Shown in pieces: positions 18,351-27,097 of a DNA stretch of 64,000 bases. The notes beneath the pieces are model-generated. The model made no database searches and was not told the DNA's origin. It was given only the letters and a program-made list of their open reading frames with translations. Every line of letters starts with the position of its first letter. The first letter of the stretch is position 1. The DNA comes from Candidatus Omnitrophota bacterium. Its GTDB lineage: Bacteria; Omnitrophota; Gorgyraeia; Duberdicusellales; Duberdicusellaceae. The stretch lies in the NCBI GenBank assembly GCA_016932855.1, contig JAFGCB010000064.1, forward strand, positions 1,767 to 65,766. Reading direction: 5' to 3'. The translations under genes and the position numbers were made by a program.

Positions 18351-19619
18351 ATGAGTAAGCTTGCCTTATTGGGCGGAGAGAAGATACGAAAAACCCCCTT
18401 TGTAAGTAATGCCTGTATAAAAGATGAGGAAAAAAAGAGAGTAAGCGCTGTTCTTGATAGCGGTATGCTTTCGGGGTTTGTTGCCAAGAAGGGAGATTTT
18501 TTTCTGGGCGGTGCGCAGTTAAGGGAATTCGAAGCGTTAGTGCAAGGCTATTTTAGTATCGAATATGCAATAGCTGTTAACTCGGCAACCGCCGGCCTTC
18601 ATATAGCAGTAGCTGCCTGCGGCATCGGCGCAGGTGATGAGGTTATAGTTACGCCTTACACAATGAGCGCCTCAGCTACGGCTATAGTTATGCAGAAAGC
18701 TATACCCGTTTTTTCCGATATAACCGAAAATAGACTCTGTCTTGACCCGGCCCGGATAGAGAAAAAGATAACTTCCCGCACCAAGGCTATCATGGTTGTG
18801 CATCTTTTCGGCTGGCCGGCAGAGATGCACGAAATTCTTAATATAGCCCGGAAGCATAATTTATTTGTTATTGAAGATTGTGCCCAGGCTCCCGGCGCCA
18901 AGTATAAGGACAAGTTCGTAGGCACTCTAGGCCATATCGGGGTCTTTAGCCTTAATCAGCATAAGACTATCACTTGCGGAGAAGGAGGATTCGCTATTAC
19001 TAAGAATAGCGATCTTGCTTTGCGGATGCAGCTTGTTCGTAATCACGGCGAGGCTGTTGTAGAAGATTTTGGCAGTGAAGAAAATTACGATATAGTCGGC
19101 TATAATTACCGGATGACTGAATTAGAGGCTGCTGTAAGCATAGGCCAATTCAGGCGTCTTGACTATTTAAACAGCCATAGGATTGAGTTAGCCGAGTATT
19201 TGATTGAGAAACTGTCAAAGTTTAAGGGCATAATACTTCCCCGGAAAGATGACAACACGAATGTTTATTTTGTTTTGCCGATGCGGTTAAAAAGAGAATT
19301 GGTTGGTGTACATAGGGATACCTTTGTAAAGGCTTTGATTGCCGAAGGTATACCTTTTGCAGCCGGTTATGTAAAACCCATTTATCTTGCTCCTTTGTAC
19401 CAGAAGACGCTTAAGGATAAAAGTGTTTATGATAAAGGTATTTGTCCTGTATGTGAACGGATGTATGAGGAGGAATTAATGCTGACCGGTGTATGTAAAT
19501 ATCCCCATACAAAAGAGGATATGGATTGTGTCGTTGAGGCATTTGATAAGATATACAACCATGCTGAAGAGCTTAAAAGATTTGAAGATGAGAGCTGTTG
19601 TTCTTACCGAAGGCGGTAA
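18351..19619 (+). CDS. DegT/DnrJ/EryC1/StrS-family PLP sugar aminotransferase
   Basis: NSATAGLHIAV…GDEVIVTPYT… and a conserved Lys region (SLNQHKTITCGEGG); ~420 aa. Confidence 0.75.
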   Translation: MSKLALLGGEKIRKTPFVSNACIKDEEKKRVSAVLDSGMLSGFVAKKGDFFLGGAQLREFEALVQGYFSIEYAIAVNSATAGLHIAVAACGIGAGDEVIVTPYTMSASATAIVMQKAIPVFSDITENRLCLDPARIEKKITSRTKAIMVVHLFGWPAEMHEILNIARKHNLFVIEDCAQAPGAKYKDKFVGTLGHIGVFSLNQHKTITCGEGGFAITKNSDLALRMQLVRNHGEAVVEDFGSEENYDIVGYNYRMTELEAAVSIGQFRRLDYLNSHRIELAEYLIEKLSKFKGIILPRKDDNTNVYFVLPMRLKRELVGVHRDTFVKALIAEGIPFAAGYVKPIYLAPLYQKTLKDKSVYDKGICPVCERMYEEELMLTGVCKYPHTKEDMDCVVEAFDKIYNHAEELKRFEDESCCSYRRR

Positions 19620-21036
19620 AGATATAGGGTTTGGTCATATCGGGCGTTGCCTTTCCTTGGCGCAGGCCTTAGAAGAAAGAGGGGTTTCTCTGCGATTTAT
19701 AGTAAGAGGAGATAGCTCTGTAGAGGGGATTCTAAAGAACAGAGAGTATGAGCTTTTTGATTGGCTTAAGGAGAAGGTTTTTGAGTATATCGATGATAGC
19801 ACCATAGTTATTGTTGATTCTTATTTCGGAGATTCTGATTTTTACCGTCGGCTCTCTGGGCATTGCGGTATTATTGTCTACATTGACGATTCTAGGCGAA
19901 GGGACTTTCCCCGGGGTATCGTGGTTAATCCTGCCGCTGGCGTTAAGAAGACATCCTACCCAAAGCAGGACGGCCTTACCTACTTGCTTGGCAGCGATTA
20001 CGCGCTTCTAAGAAAAGAATTCTGGCAGGTCCCTTCAAAGACAATCGGTCAGGATATACAAAAAGTCATGCTTACCTTTGGCGGCTCTGACGGGGTAAAT
20101 CTTTCCTCTGCGATTTTAAAGTTTTTTGCGGAGAAGTTTCCTTCTTGGAGTAAGAGCGTTGTCATCGGCTCGAGCTTTAGATCTTTTGAGCAGATTCAAG
20201 AAATAAAAGATGAAAAAACCGATCTTATAATTCATCCCGACGCTAACCAAATGCGTAATATCATGCTGGATTGTGATATTGCGATTTCAGGCGGAGGCCA
20301 GACGCTTTATGAGCTCGCCCGTATAGGTACACCCGCAATAGGAATATGTGTGGCTGATAATCAAATACAGAATCTAGAAGGACTTGCCAAGCAAGGTACT
20401 CTAGAGTATATCGGCTGGTACAATCACCCTTCTTTTATTCAAAAGCTGGAGCAAGCAATAGGTTGTTTAGAAGATATAAATAGGCGTAAGACTAGTTCAG
20501 AAGCAAGCCGAAAGATGATTGATGGTCAAGGGGCCCGGCGGGTCAGCCGAGAAGTTTTATCTCAGTTTTATAAGAAAGTTATTAATATTCGTCGAGCATC
20601 CGTACAAGATATGAATGATGTATTTTCTTTATCCAATGACCCTTTGGTGCGGTTAAATAGTTTTCATCCTGAGGTGATAAGTTGGGATACGCACCAGGAG
20701 TGGTTTCAGAGGAAGTTGAAAAGCAATACAACTTTTTTCTTTGTTGCCTATACCGAAGGGATTTTCTGCGGGCAGGTTCGGTTTGAAACAGAAAAAGAAG
20801 AGGCGCTTATAGGGATTAGTTTAAAACCTTTTCTCAGAGGATTAGGCTTAGGTTCTTATATAATTAATGAAGCAATTAGGCTGATTGAGGACTGTAACAG
20901 CATTAAAAGGGTTAAAGCTTTGATAAAAGGTGATAATACCGCTTCCATAAAAGCGTTCCAGAAAGCAGGTTTTGGGTTTCTTGCCGATCAACTAGTAGAA
21001 GGATATAAAGCCAGCGTATATATAAAAGAAATATAA
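19588..21036 (+). CDS. pseG/pseH: fused UDP-2,4-diacetamido-2,4,6-trideoxy-beta-L-altropyranose hydrolase / GNAT N-acetyltransferase (PseG-PseH fusion)
   Basis: The N-terminal ~300 aa begin MRAVVLTEGGKDIGFGHIGRCLSLAQAL, the PseG signature. The C-terminal ~170 aa look GNAT-like (…FFFVAYTEGIFCGQVRF…GLGLGSYIINEA…). The start at 19588 overlaps the upstream gene by 32 nt. The tracked ORF begins at 19489. Confidence 0.7.
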   Translation: MRAVVLTEGGKDIGFGHIGRCLSLAQALEERGVSLRFIVRGDSSVEGILKNREYELFDWLKEKVFEYIDDSTIVIVDSYFGDSDFYRRLSGHCGIIVYIDDSRRRDFPRGIVVNPAAGVKKTSYPKQDGLTYLLGSDYALLRKEFWQVPSKTIGQDIQKVMLTFGGSDGVNLSSAILKFFAEKFPSWSKSVVIGSSFRSFEQIQEIKDEKTDLIIHPDANQMRNIMLDCDIAISGGGQTLYELARIGTPAIGICVADNQIQNLEGLAKQGTLEYIGWYNHPSFIQKLEQAIGCLEDINRRKTSSEASRKMIDGQGARRVSREVLSQFYKKVINIRRASVQDMNDVFSLSNDPLVRLNSFHPEVISWDTHQEWFQRKLKSNTTFFFVAYTEGIFCGQVRFETEKEEALIGISLKPFLRGLGLGSYIINEAIRLIEDCNSIKRVKALIKGDNTASIKAFQKAGFGFLADQLVEGYKASVYIKEI

Positions 21037-21051
21037 TAAACATAAAAGTAT

Positions 21052-22080
21052 ATGAGACCTATACTAGGTAAAGGAGCTAGAGTTTTTGTTATTGCCGAAA
21101 TATCGGCTAACCACTGCCAGAGTTTTAACAGGGCGGTAAAATTAATTAAAGAGGCAAAGTCTTGCGGCGCTGATAGCGTTAAATTTCAGCTCTACACGCC
21201 TGATACTTTGACTTTGGATGTAAATAACAAATATTTTAAAATACGGCACTCCAAATGGAAAGGTCAGACCCTCTACCAGTTGTATAAGAAGGCCTATACT
21301 CCCTGGAGTTGGTTTAAAAGATTGAAAAAAATAGCCCAAGACCAAGGGCTTGTTTTCTTTGCTACCGCCTATGATAAAACCTCGGTTGATTTCTTGGAAA
21401 AATTGGGGGTAGATATACATAAAATAGCTTCTTTTGAGCTGGTGGATATTCCTTTAATCAAGTATATGGCCAAGACAAAGAAGCCTTTGCTTATCTCTAG
21501 CGGTATGGCAGCTCAGCTGGAAATAAAAGAAGCATTGACAGCAGCTAGAACATCCGGCGCAAAAGAAGTGGTATTGCTTAAATGCGTAAGCAGTTATCCT
21601 GCCAGTCCTTCGGAGATGAACCTGCGGACAATACCGCATATGCGCAAGGCCTTTAAGGTTGAGGTAGGTCTTTCCGACCATACCTTAGGCATAGCTGTTG
21701 CTGTTGCCGCGGTGAGTTTAGGAGCGGTTGTAGTGGAGAAGCATTTTACCTTATCCAGGAGTATCAAAAGTCCTGATAGTTTTTTCTCATTGGAGCCTTC
21801 AGAGTTTAAACAACTTGTAGAAAACTTAAGGGTTGTAGAGAAGGCCTTGGGCGAAGTTTCTTACAAACTTACGCCCGGTCAGAAAAAAAGCAAAGTCTTT
21901 CGGCGCTCTCTTTTCGTCACCAAAGATATTAAAAGGGGCTTATCTTTTAGCGAAGATAATATTAGGTCAGTACGTCCCAGTTACGGACTTAAGCCTAAGT
22001 ATCTTGAGGATATTTTAGGCAAAAAAGCCAGAAGAGCCCTTAAGCGAGGCAGCCCTCTTACGTTTAAAGATGTTGCCTAA
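21052..22080 (+). CDS. pseI: pseudaminic acid synthase (NeuB family)
   Basis: VFVIAEISANHCQSFNRAVKLIKEAKSCGADSVKFQLYTPDTLT… motif and C-terminal SAF domain; ~342 aa; directly downstream of pseGH. Confidence 0.8.
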   Translation: MRPILGKGARVFVIAEISANHCQSFNRAVKLIKEAKSCGADSVKFQLYTPDTLTLDVNNKYFKIRHSKWKGQTLYQLYKKAYTPWSWFKRLKKIAQDQGLVFFATAYDKTSVDFLEKLGVDIHKIASFELVDIPLIKYMAKTKKPLLISSGMAAQLEIKEALTAARTSGAKEVVLLKCVSSYPASPSEMNLRTIPHMRKAFKVEVGLSDHTLGIAVAVAAVSLGAVVVEKHFTLSRSIKSPDSFFSLEPSEFKQLVENLRVVEKALGEVSYKLTPGQKKSKVFRRSLFVTKDIKRGLSFSEDNIRSVRPSYGLKPKYLEDILGKKARRALKRGSPLTFKDVA

Positions 22081-22129
22081 GGGCGGGGATTTTTGCGCAA
22101 GGAAGCCTTGAAAAAAGAAAGGATAGTCG

Positions 22130-22828
22130 ATGCACGAGTCAGTAATTATTTTTTCCTGTATTAATAATGTTTTGCTTAAGCCAATGATTGACGCTTGCCA
22201 GCAAGCAGGCCTTATAGTCGAAGGAGTTATTATGGACGGTGAATTGCCGCTGAGCGACCAAGAAAACGTTCGTGCCCGGCTTGAGCCTGAGTATCGAATA
22301 GCCGGCTTGGCTGATTTCGACTATCCCTCTATACCTTTTTATTTTGTGAAAGACCACAATTCTAAGGGCGTGGTTGCGAAAGTAACAGCCATGAAGAGCC
22401 GCTATGTCATTAATGCGGGAACGCCGCGGATCCTAAAAGGAGATATATTAAAGACCAATAAGTATTTCTTGAATTGTCACCCCGGCATACTGCCCAAGTA
22501 TCGAGGTTGCACCTGCGTGGAATGGGCTCTGTATAACAATGATCCGGTGGGGGCCACGGTATATTTCATGGACGAGGGCATTGATGAGGGTCCCATAGTT
22601 TTACAGGGCACACTGGATATTTCATTTTTTTCATCCTATGAGACGATAAGGACGCGCATGATAGGATTTACGGCAGGGCTTATGGTTGAAGGCGTTAAAA
22701 AATGCTATAAGGAGAACTTGATTCCTGATACGATGCCGCCACAAGAGGCGGGCAGCTACTTTAAGCCCATACCTGAAGATAAACTAATGGAGGTAAAGAA
22801 GAAGGTACTGGGAATCGGAAAGAAGTAG
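22130..22828 (+). CDS. formyltransferase (Fmt/PurN-like N-formyltransferase domain)
   Basis: CHPGILPKYRG…VGATVYFMDEGIDEGPIV matches the formyl_transf_N catalytic core (HxSLLPxxRG / D…G.D.GPI). Confidence 0.65.
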   Translation: MHESVIIFSCINNVLLKPMIDACQQAGLIVEGVIMDGELPLSDQENVRARLEPEYRIAGLADFDYPSIPFYFVKDHNSKGVVAKVTAMKSRYVINAGTPRILKGDILKTNKYFLNCHPGILPKYRGCTCVEWALYNNDPVGATVYFMDEGIDEGPIVLQGTLDISFFSSYETIRTRMIGFTAGLMVEGVKKCYKENLIPDTMPPQEAGSYFKPIPEDKLMEVKKKVLGIGKK

Positions 22829-22885
22829 GCTTAAGGCTTTTTTAAGAATAGGTAATTTGAATTCATAAAGAGAAAGGCTGAAAAG

Positions 22886-24100
22886 ATGGAATATTGTAAA
22901 AAATGCGTTTATCCCAAGAATACGGCGGTCAAATTAGACTGGGATGATGAGGGAGTGTGTTCCGGATGCCGTTATTTTGAAGAACTGGACAGGGCTGACT
23001 GGAAAGAGAGAAGGCTTATTTTAGATCGGCTCTTGGACAGATACCGCAATAGCGGTAATACCTACGATTGTATTATTCCGGTAAGCGGGGGCAAGGATAG
23101 CCATTATCAAACATATCTTATAAAAGAAGTCTACGGATTAAATCCCTTGCTGGTTACTTTTAACCATATTTGCAGCCCTTTGCTGGGAATAAAGAATATG
23201 GCGAATATAGTGGAGAAATTTAAGGTCGATCATATCAGGTATACGCCGAATCCGGAAGTAATTAGAAAATTAATGAAGTATACCCTTAAAAAAATGGGAG
23301 ACGCTTGCTGGTTTTGTCAGACGGGGGTTGTCACCGTTCCCATCCAGATAGCCGTGCGCTACAGGATACCTCTTATTGTTTGGGGCGAACACGGCTGGTC
23401 TCATCTTTTCGGCAAAAGTAAGCTTAGCGAGACGGTAAAATTTTCCACCGAAGAACGTACAAAACTTTTTATGCGGGGTTTGAGCGTAGATCAGGTCCTT
23501 AAAGATAATCCCGAATTTGAAAGAAGGGATTTAAGCTGGGCTATTTATCCCAGCGAGGAAGAAATACAGAAGGTTGGCATTTCCGGAATCTATTTGGGTA
23601 ATTATCTTAGATGGAATCAGAAAGAAATAACCGAGTTCGTCATTAAGAACTTCGGTTTCAAGACCAGGCCCAAGGCCAGGACGTACAATACATACGCTGA
23701 TGTTGATTGCCATTTATGTTCGGGAACAAACGACTATTTGAAATATCTTAAGTATGGGTATGGCCGGGCCACTGACCACGTAAGCCAAGATATTCGCGAG
23801 GGCAGAATAACCCGGCAAGAGGGGATAAAACTGCTTAAAAAGTACGAACATGTCCGGCCCGAAGACCTCGATACCTTTTTTAAAGAAATGGATTTGACCG
23901 AGGAAGAGCTTATGAAAATAGTAGAGCCTATGCGTGACCCAAACGTATGGCAGAAACAAGCCGACGGTTCCTGGGCTAAAAAAGTCTCTATTGACCCGGA
24001 CAATTTAGTTGATATTTCCGGAGTAGAAGAAATCGAAAAGCGGCTTAATTTCGTGAAGAACTGGGCGCCGGAAGAGCTTGACCCGAGGTGGCATTTCTAA
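22886..24100 (+). CDS. N-acetyl sugar amidotransferase (PP-loop ATPase, PseA/WbuX/WbpG-like), paralog 1
   Basis: N-terminal Cys-rich segment (CKKC…CSGC), PP-loop SGGKDS, DACWFCQTG motif; ~404 aa. Confidence 0.7.
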   Translation: MEYCKKCVYPKNTAVKLDWDDEGVCSGCRYFEELDRADWKERRLILDRLLDRYRNSGNTYDCIIPVSGGKDSHYQTYLIKEVYGLNPLLVTFNHICSPLLGIKNMANIVEKFKVDHIRYTPNPEVIRKLMKYTLKKMGDACWFCQTGVVTVPIQIAVRYRIPLIVWGEHGWSHLFGKSKLSETVKFSTEERTKLFMRGLSVDQVLKDNPEFERRDLSWAIYPSEEEIQKVGISGIYLGNYLRWNQKEITEFVIKNFGFKTRPKARTYNTYADVDCHLCSGTNDYLKYLKYGYGRATDHVSQDIREGRITRQEGIKLLKKYEHVRPEDLDTFFKEMDLTEEELMKIVEPMRDPNVWQKQADGSWAKKVSIDPDNLVDISGVEEIEKRLNFVKNWAPEELDPRWHF

Positions 24101-24158
24101 GTTTTTTAAAAGACGCTTTTTATTTTTTCTAGCGTTAAATAACTTAAGGAGGCAAATA

Positions 24159-24923
24159 ATGAAGAAGTCAGCTACCAAAACGATGAATTTAAAAACAAAT
24201 ACCAGGCGAAATTTCAGCTATATTCAAGAACTAGAGGATTATTTTAATCTTAGTCCCGGATCCTATGCGGAAAAAATGGCGGCTTTCGCCAAATTTGTAC
24301 CGCGGCAGCGGCTGACGGATTTTTTGTCCCTCTATGAAATTTTTAAAAAAGTTCTTTCCGTTCAGGGCTCTGTGATTGATTGCGGGGTTTACAGGGCAAG
24401 GACGCTTATGACCTACGCGCAATTGAGCGCCATACTTGAACCCATGAATTATCAAAGACAGATTATAGGTTTTGATACCTTTAAGGGTTTTTTAAAAATA
24501 GATAAGGAGGACTCCAAGTCAACCCATCAGGAGAGGAAGGTGGGCGGGTATAAGGCGGAATGTTATGATGATTTGCTGCGCTGCATAGAGCTGTTTGATA
24601 AGAACCGTTTTTTGAGCCATATCCCCAAGGTGATATTGGTTAAGGGTGATATAGAAAAGACCGCTCCTAAATATTTGAAAGACAATCCCCATACAATTGT
24701 CAGCTTGCTTTCGCTTGACTTGAGTTTATACGCTCCTACAAAGGCAGCTCTTAGGATATTTGTCCCCCGTATGCCAAAAGGCGGTATTATTACCTTTGGC
24801 GAAATGAATTGTTCGGATTTCAGCGGAGAGGTTATCGCGGTAATGGAAGAATTAGGTATTAATAAATTAAGGGTTCAACGAAATCCTTTTGATACGGTAG
24901 CCTCATACGCGGTTTTAGAATAG
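24159..24923 (+). CDS. TylF/MycF-like (macrocin-O-methyltransferase family) SAM-dependent methyltransferase
   Basis: …LSLYEIFKKVLSVQGSVIDCGVYRARTL… resembles the TylF-family O-MT core. The internal start at 24159 has a GGAGG SD 7 nt upstream. The longer ORF from 24078 overlaps the preceding gene. Confidence 0.55.
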   Translation: MKKSATKTMNLKTNTRRNFSYIQELEDYFNLSPGSYAEKMAAFAKFVPRQRLTDFLSLYEIFKKVLSVQGSVIDCGVYRARTLMTYAQLSAILEPMNYQRQIIGFDTFKGFLKIDKEDSKSTHQERKVGGYKAECYDDLLRCIELFDKNRFLSHIPKVILVKGDIEKTAPKYLKDNPHTIVSLLSLDLSLYAPTKAALRIFVPRMPKGGIITFGEMNCSDFSGEVIAVMEELGINKLRVQRNPFDTVASYAVLE

Positions 24924-24972
24924 CATCTATTGTTTAGAGTTTTCGGGCTAAACCTAAAAGGGTTTATTTGCG

Positions 24973-25722
24973 ATGGATGAGTTTCCAAAAATTTTTACGG
25001 TAGACGGCGGAGTTTTTTTAGGCCAAGACCCAAAGAGTTCATTATCGGCTTGTGCTGAGGATATCGTGAAGATAATGGATAATAATAATATCGATATGGC
25101 TATCGCAGCTTCGCTTAGATCGGTTTTCGGTTCTCAGGCAGAAGGAAATCGCGAGATTCTCGACAGTCTTAAAGGCTTTAGGCAGAGGCTGATGCCCATG
25201 GCGGCGCTCTCGCCTTTATCTTTTGTTGCCGGAAAAGGGACGGTTAAAAGCCTAGCCAAGGAAGGCTTTAAGATTATCGGGGCTTTTCCCTTTTATCAAT
25301 CTTGGCCTGCTGGTATACGTGTTTTTAGAAAGATGGCTGAAGAGATATCCGAAGCCGGCTTAGCGCTGCAGGTAGCTGTAGGTAATTGGGAAGGATTAAC
25401 CGCTGTGGCTTGTTGCCTGGGAGGTATGGATATGCCGGTCTTGATACGCTGGGTAAGAGGAGGGGGGTATCTATATTTGACCGAAGAGATTGCCCTGGCG
25501 CATGAGTATGGTAATCTTTATTTTGACGTTGGAAATATGACTACTGTTGGCGGTATCGCTAAGCTTTGTTCCGAAATAGGAGCTGACAGGCTTTACATAA
25601 GTTCTAATATGCCTCTTGTTTACGAAAGAAGCGTATATTATCGGGTATATGCCGAGGAACTTTCTTTCGAGGAACGGAAAAAAGTATGCGGCGTAACTCT
25701 ATCAAAGATATTAAACCTCTAG
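24973..25722 (+). CDS. amidohydrolase-2-like TIM-barrel protein (no obvious N-terminal HxH)
   Basis: Overall similarity in length and composition to the downstream amidohydrolase. It lacks a recognisable HxH metal motif near the N-terminus. Weak call. Confidence 0.35.
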   Translation: MDEFPKIFTVDGGVFLGQDPKSSLSACAEDIVKIMDNNNIDMAIAASLRSVFGSQAEGNREILDSLKGFRQRLMPMAALSPLSFVAGKGTVKSLAKEGFKIIGAFPFYQSWPAGIRVFRKMAEEISEAGLALQVAVGNWEGLTAVACCLGGMDMPVLIRWVRGGGYLYLTEEIALAHEYGNLYFDVGNMTTVGGIAKLCSEIGADRLYISSNMPLVYERSVYYRVYAEELSFEERKKVCGVTLSKILNL

Positions 25723-25727
25723 ATGTT

Positions 25728-26513
25728 ATGAATTCAAAGAGACTTAGGCCGGATAATCGCAGCGGCTTTGAATATGATTTACGTTGTCCTAAAATCGACG
25801 TCCATTGGCACGTAGGTTCCTGGAATTTAAATGAGGCCCGTCTCAGTGTAAGAGAGATGCGGCAGGATTTCGACAGGTTTGGTTATCGATACGTCCTGGT
25901 TAACTCTATAAAGGCTATAGTTTATGACATGGAAGCCGGTAATGCCGAGACAGCTAGGTTACTTAAGGAGGACGAAAGGTGCAGGGGCCTTGTGGTTATT
26001 AACCCCGTCAGACAAGACGCATCTCTTAAGGAGATAAGAAAATATCTGGGGCATCCGGGCTTTGTGGGCCTTAAATCCGCGGCAGATTATTACTCTACGA
26101 CCATAGCCGATATAAGATACGAAAAGATTTTGAGTATGGCAGAAAAAGGAGCCTGGCCGATACTTACGCATAAATATGGCATGGAGCTTATTGTCGAGAA
26201 ATATAAAAACGTTAAATTTATCCTGGCTCATAGTTTGTTTTCCGACGCCAAGAAAATGGCTGGTTTCTCAAATGTATATTTTGATATTGCCGCCAGCTAT
26301 GCTTACAGAGATGAGACTAACATTGAAGGCATGCTAGAGTTGGCAGGGCCGAAGCGGGTACTGTTTGGCACCGATGCCCAAATAATGAGCCCGGCTTGGA
26401 GCATAGGAAAGATTTCCTCGGCGCGTATCAGCCAATCAGATAAGAATAAGATTTTTCACGATAACGCCTTTGAACTTTTCGGCCGGTTTAAGAGTAATTG
26501 TTTCGGCGGTTAA
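25728..26513 (+). CDS. metal-dependent amidohydrolase (Amidohydro_2-like TIM barrel)
   Basis: N-terminal IDVHWHV (HxH) and C-terminal …LFGTDAQ… aspartate motif typical of amidohydrolase-2 enzymes. The ATG at 25728 follows the upstream stop at 25720-25722. Confidence 0.55.
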   Translation: MNSKRLRPDNRSGFEYDLRCPKIDVHWHVGSWNLNEARLSVREMRQDFDRFGYRYVLVNSIKAIVYDMEAGNAETARLLKEDERCRGLVVINPVRQDASLKEIRKYLGHPGFVGLKSAADYYSTTIADIRYEKILSMAEKGAWPILTHKYGMELIVEKYKNVKFILAHSLFSDAKKMAGFSNVYFDIAASYAYRDETNIEGMLELAGPKRVLFGTDAQIMSPAWSIGKISSARISQSDKNKIFHDNAFELFGRFKSNCFGG

Positions 26514-26548
26514 AAGAGCTTTTTAAAACACGATAGCAGGAGGTCGTC

Positions 26549-27097
26549 ATGGTTATGACTGGGTTTATTGAGGGAAAAAAGGTTTTCTTGCGTAAGTTAA
26601 GCATGGATGATGCAACCGGCAATTACTTACTCTGGCTTAACGACCCCGATGTATTACGATACCGAGGGCCAAAGGCTTATCCTTCGAATTTCGACGACCT
26701 TCGCGATTTTATTAAAAACGCTCAAACCTCTAAGGATTTATTCTTGGCGATTTGCCTTAAAAGCTCCGGCAAGCATATCGGTGGTATTTCTCTTACCTCA
26801 GTAAACTTTATTCACCGCACGGCTGAACTTTCCATTATGATCGGCGAAAAAAGCGAATGGGGCAAGGGTTATGCGCGCGACTCAATCGAAGCCCTAACCA
26901 GGCACGCCTTTACGAACATGAATTTAAATAAATTATGGGCAGAATCTCCTAGCCCGGCCTTCAACGCCGCGGTAAGAAAACTTGGCTGGGTCCATGAAGG
27001 AACGAAACGGAAAAGTTTCCTTCTTGACGGCGAATACGTTGATGTGGAATGTTACGGGCTTTTAAAATCGGATTTTATATCCTCTAAAGACAGATGA
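26549..27097 (+). CDS. GNAT-family N-acyltransferase (RimJ/RimL-like)
   Basis: ~180 aa; …HIGGISLTSVNFIHRTAELSIMIGE…WGKGYA… resembles GNAT motif A/B; AGGAGG SD upstream. Confidence 0.6.
   Translation: MVMTGFIEGKKVFLRKLSMDDATGNYLLWLNDPDVLRYRGPKAYPSNFDDLRDFIKNAQTSKDLFLAICLKSSGKHIGGISLTSVNFIHRTAELSIMIGEKSEWGKGYARDSIEALTRHAFTNMNLNKLWAESPSPAFNAAVRKLGWVHEGTKRKSFLLDGEYVDVECYGLLKSDFISSKDR

Noticed and set aside
19489-19587. 5' extension of the pseG/H ORF (tracked start 19489) overlapping the upstream aminotransferase by 131 nt
   Set aside because: The PseG N-terminal signature (MRAVVLTEGGKDIGFGH…) begins at 19588. The extra 33 residues have no counterpart in PseG and would create an implausibly long overlap. 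A sequencing frameshift fusing the two genes was considered, but both genes have complete, sensible termini.
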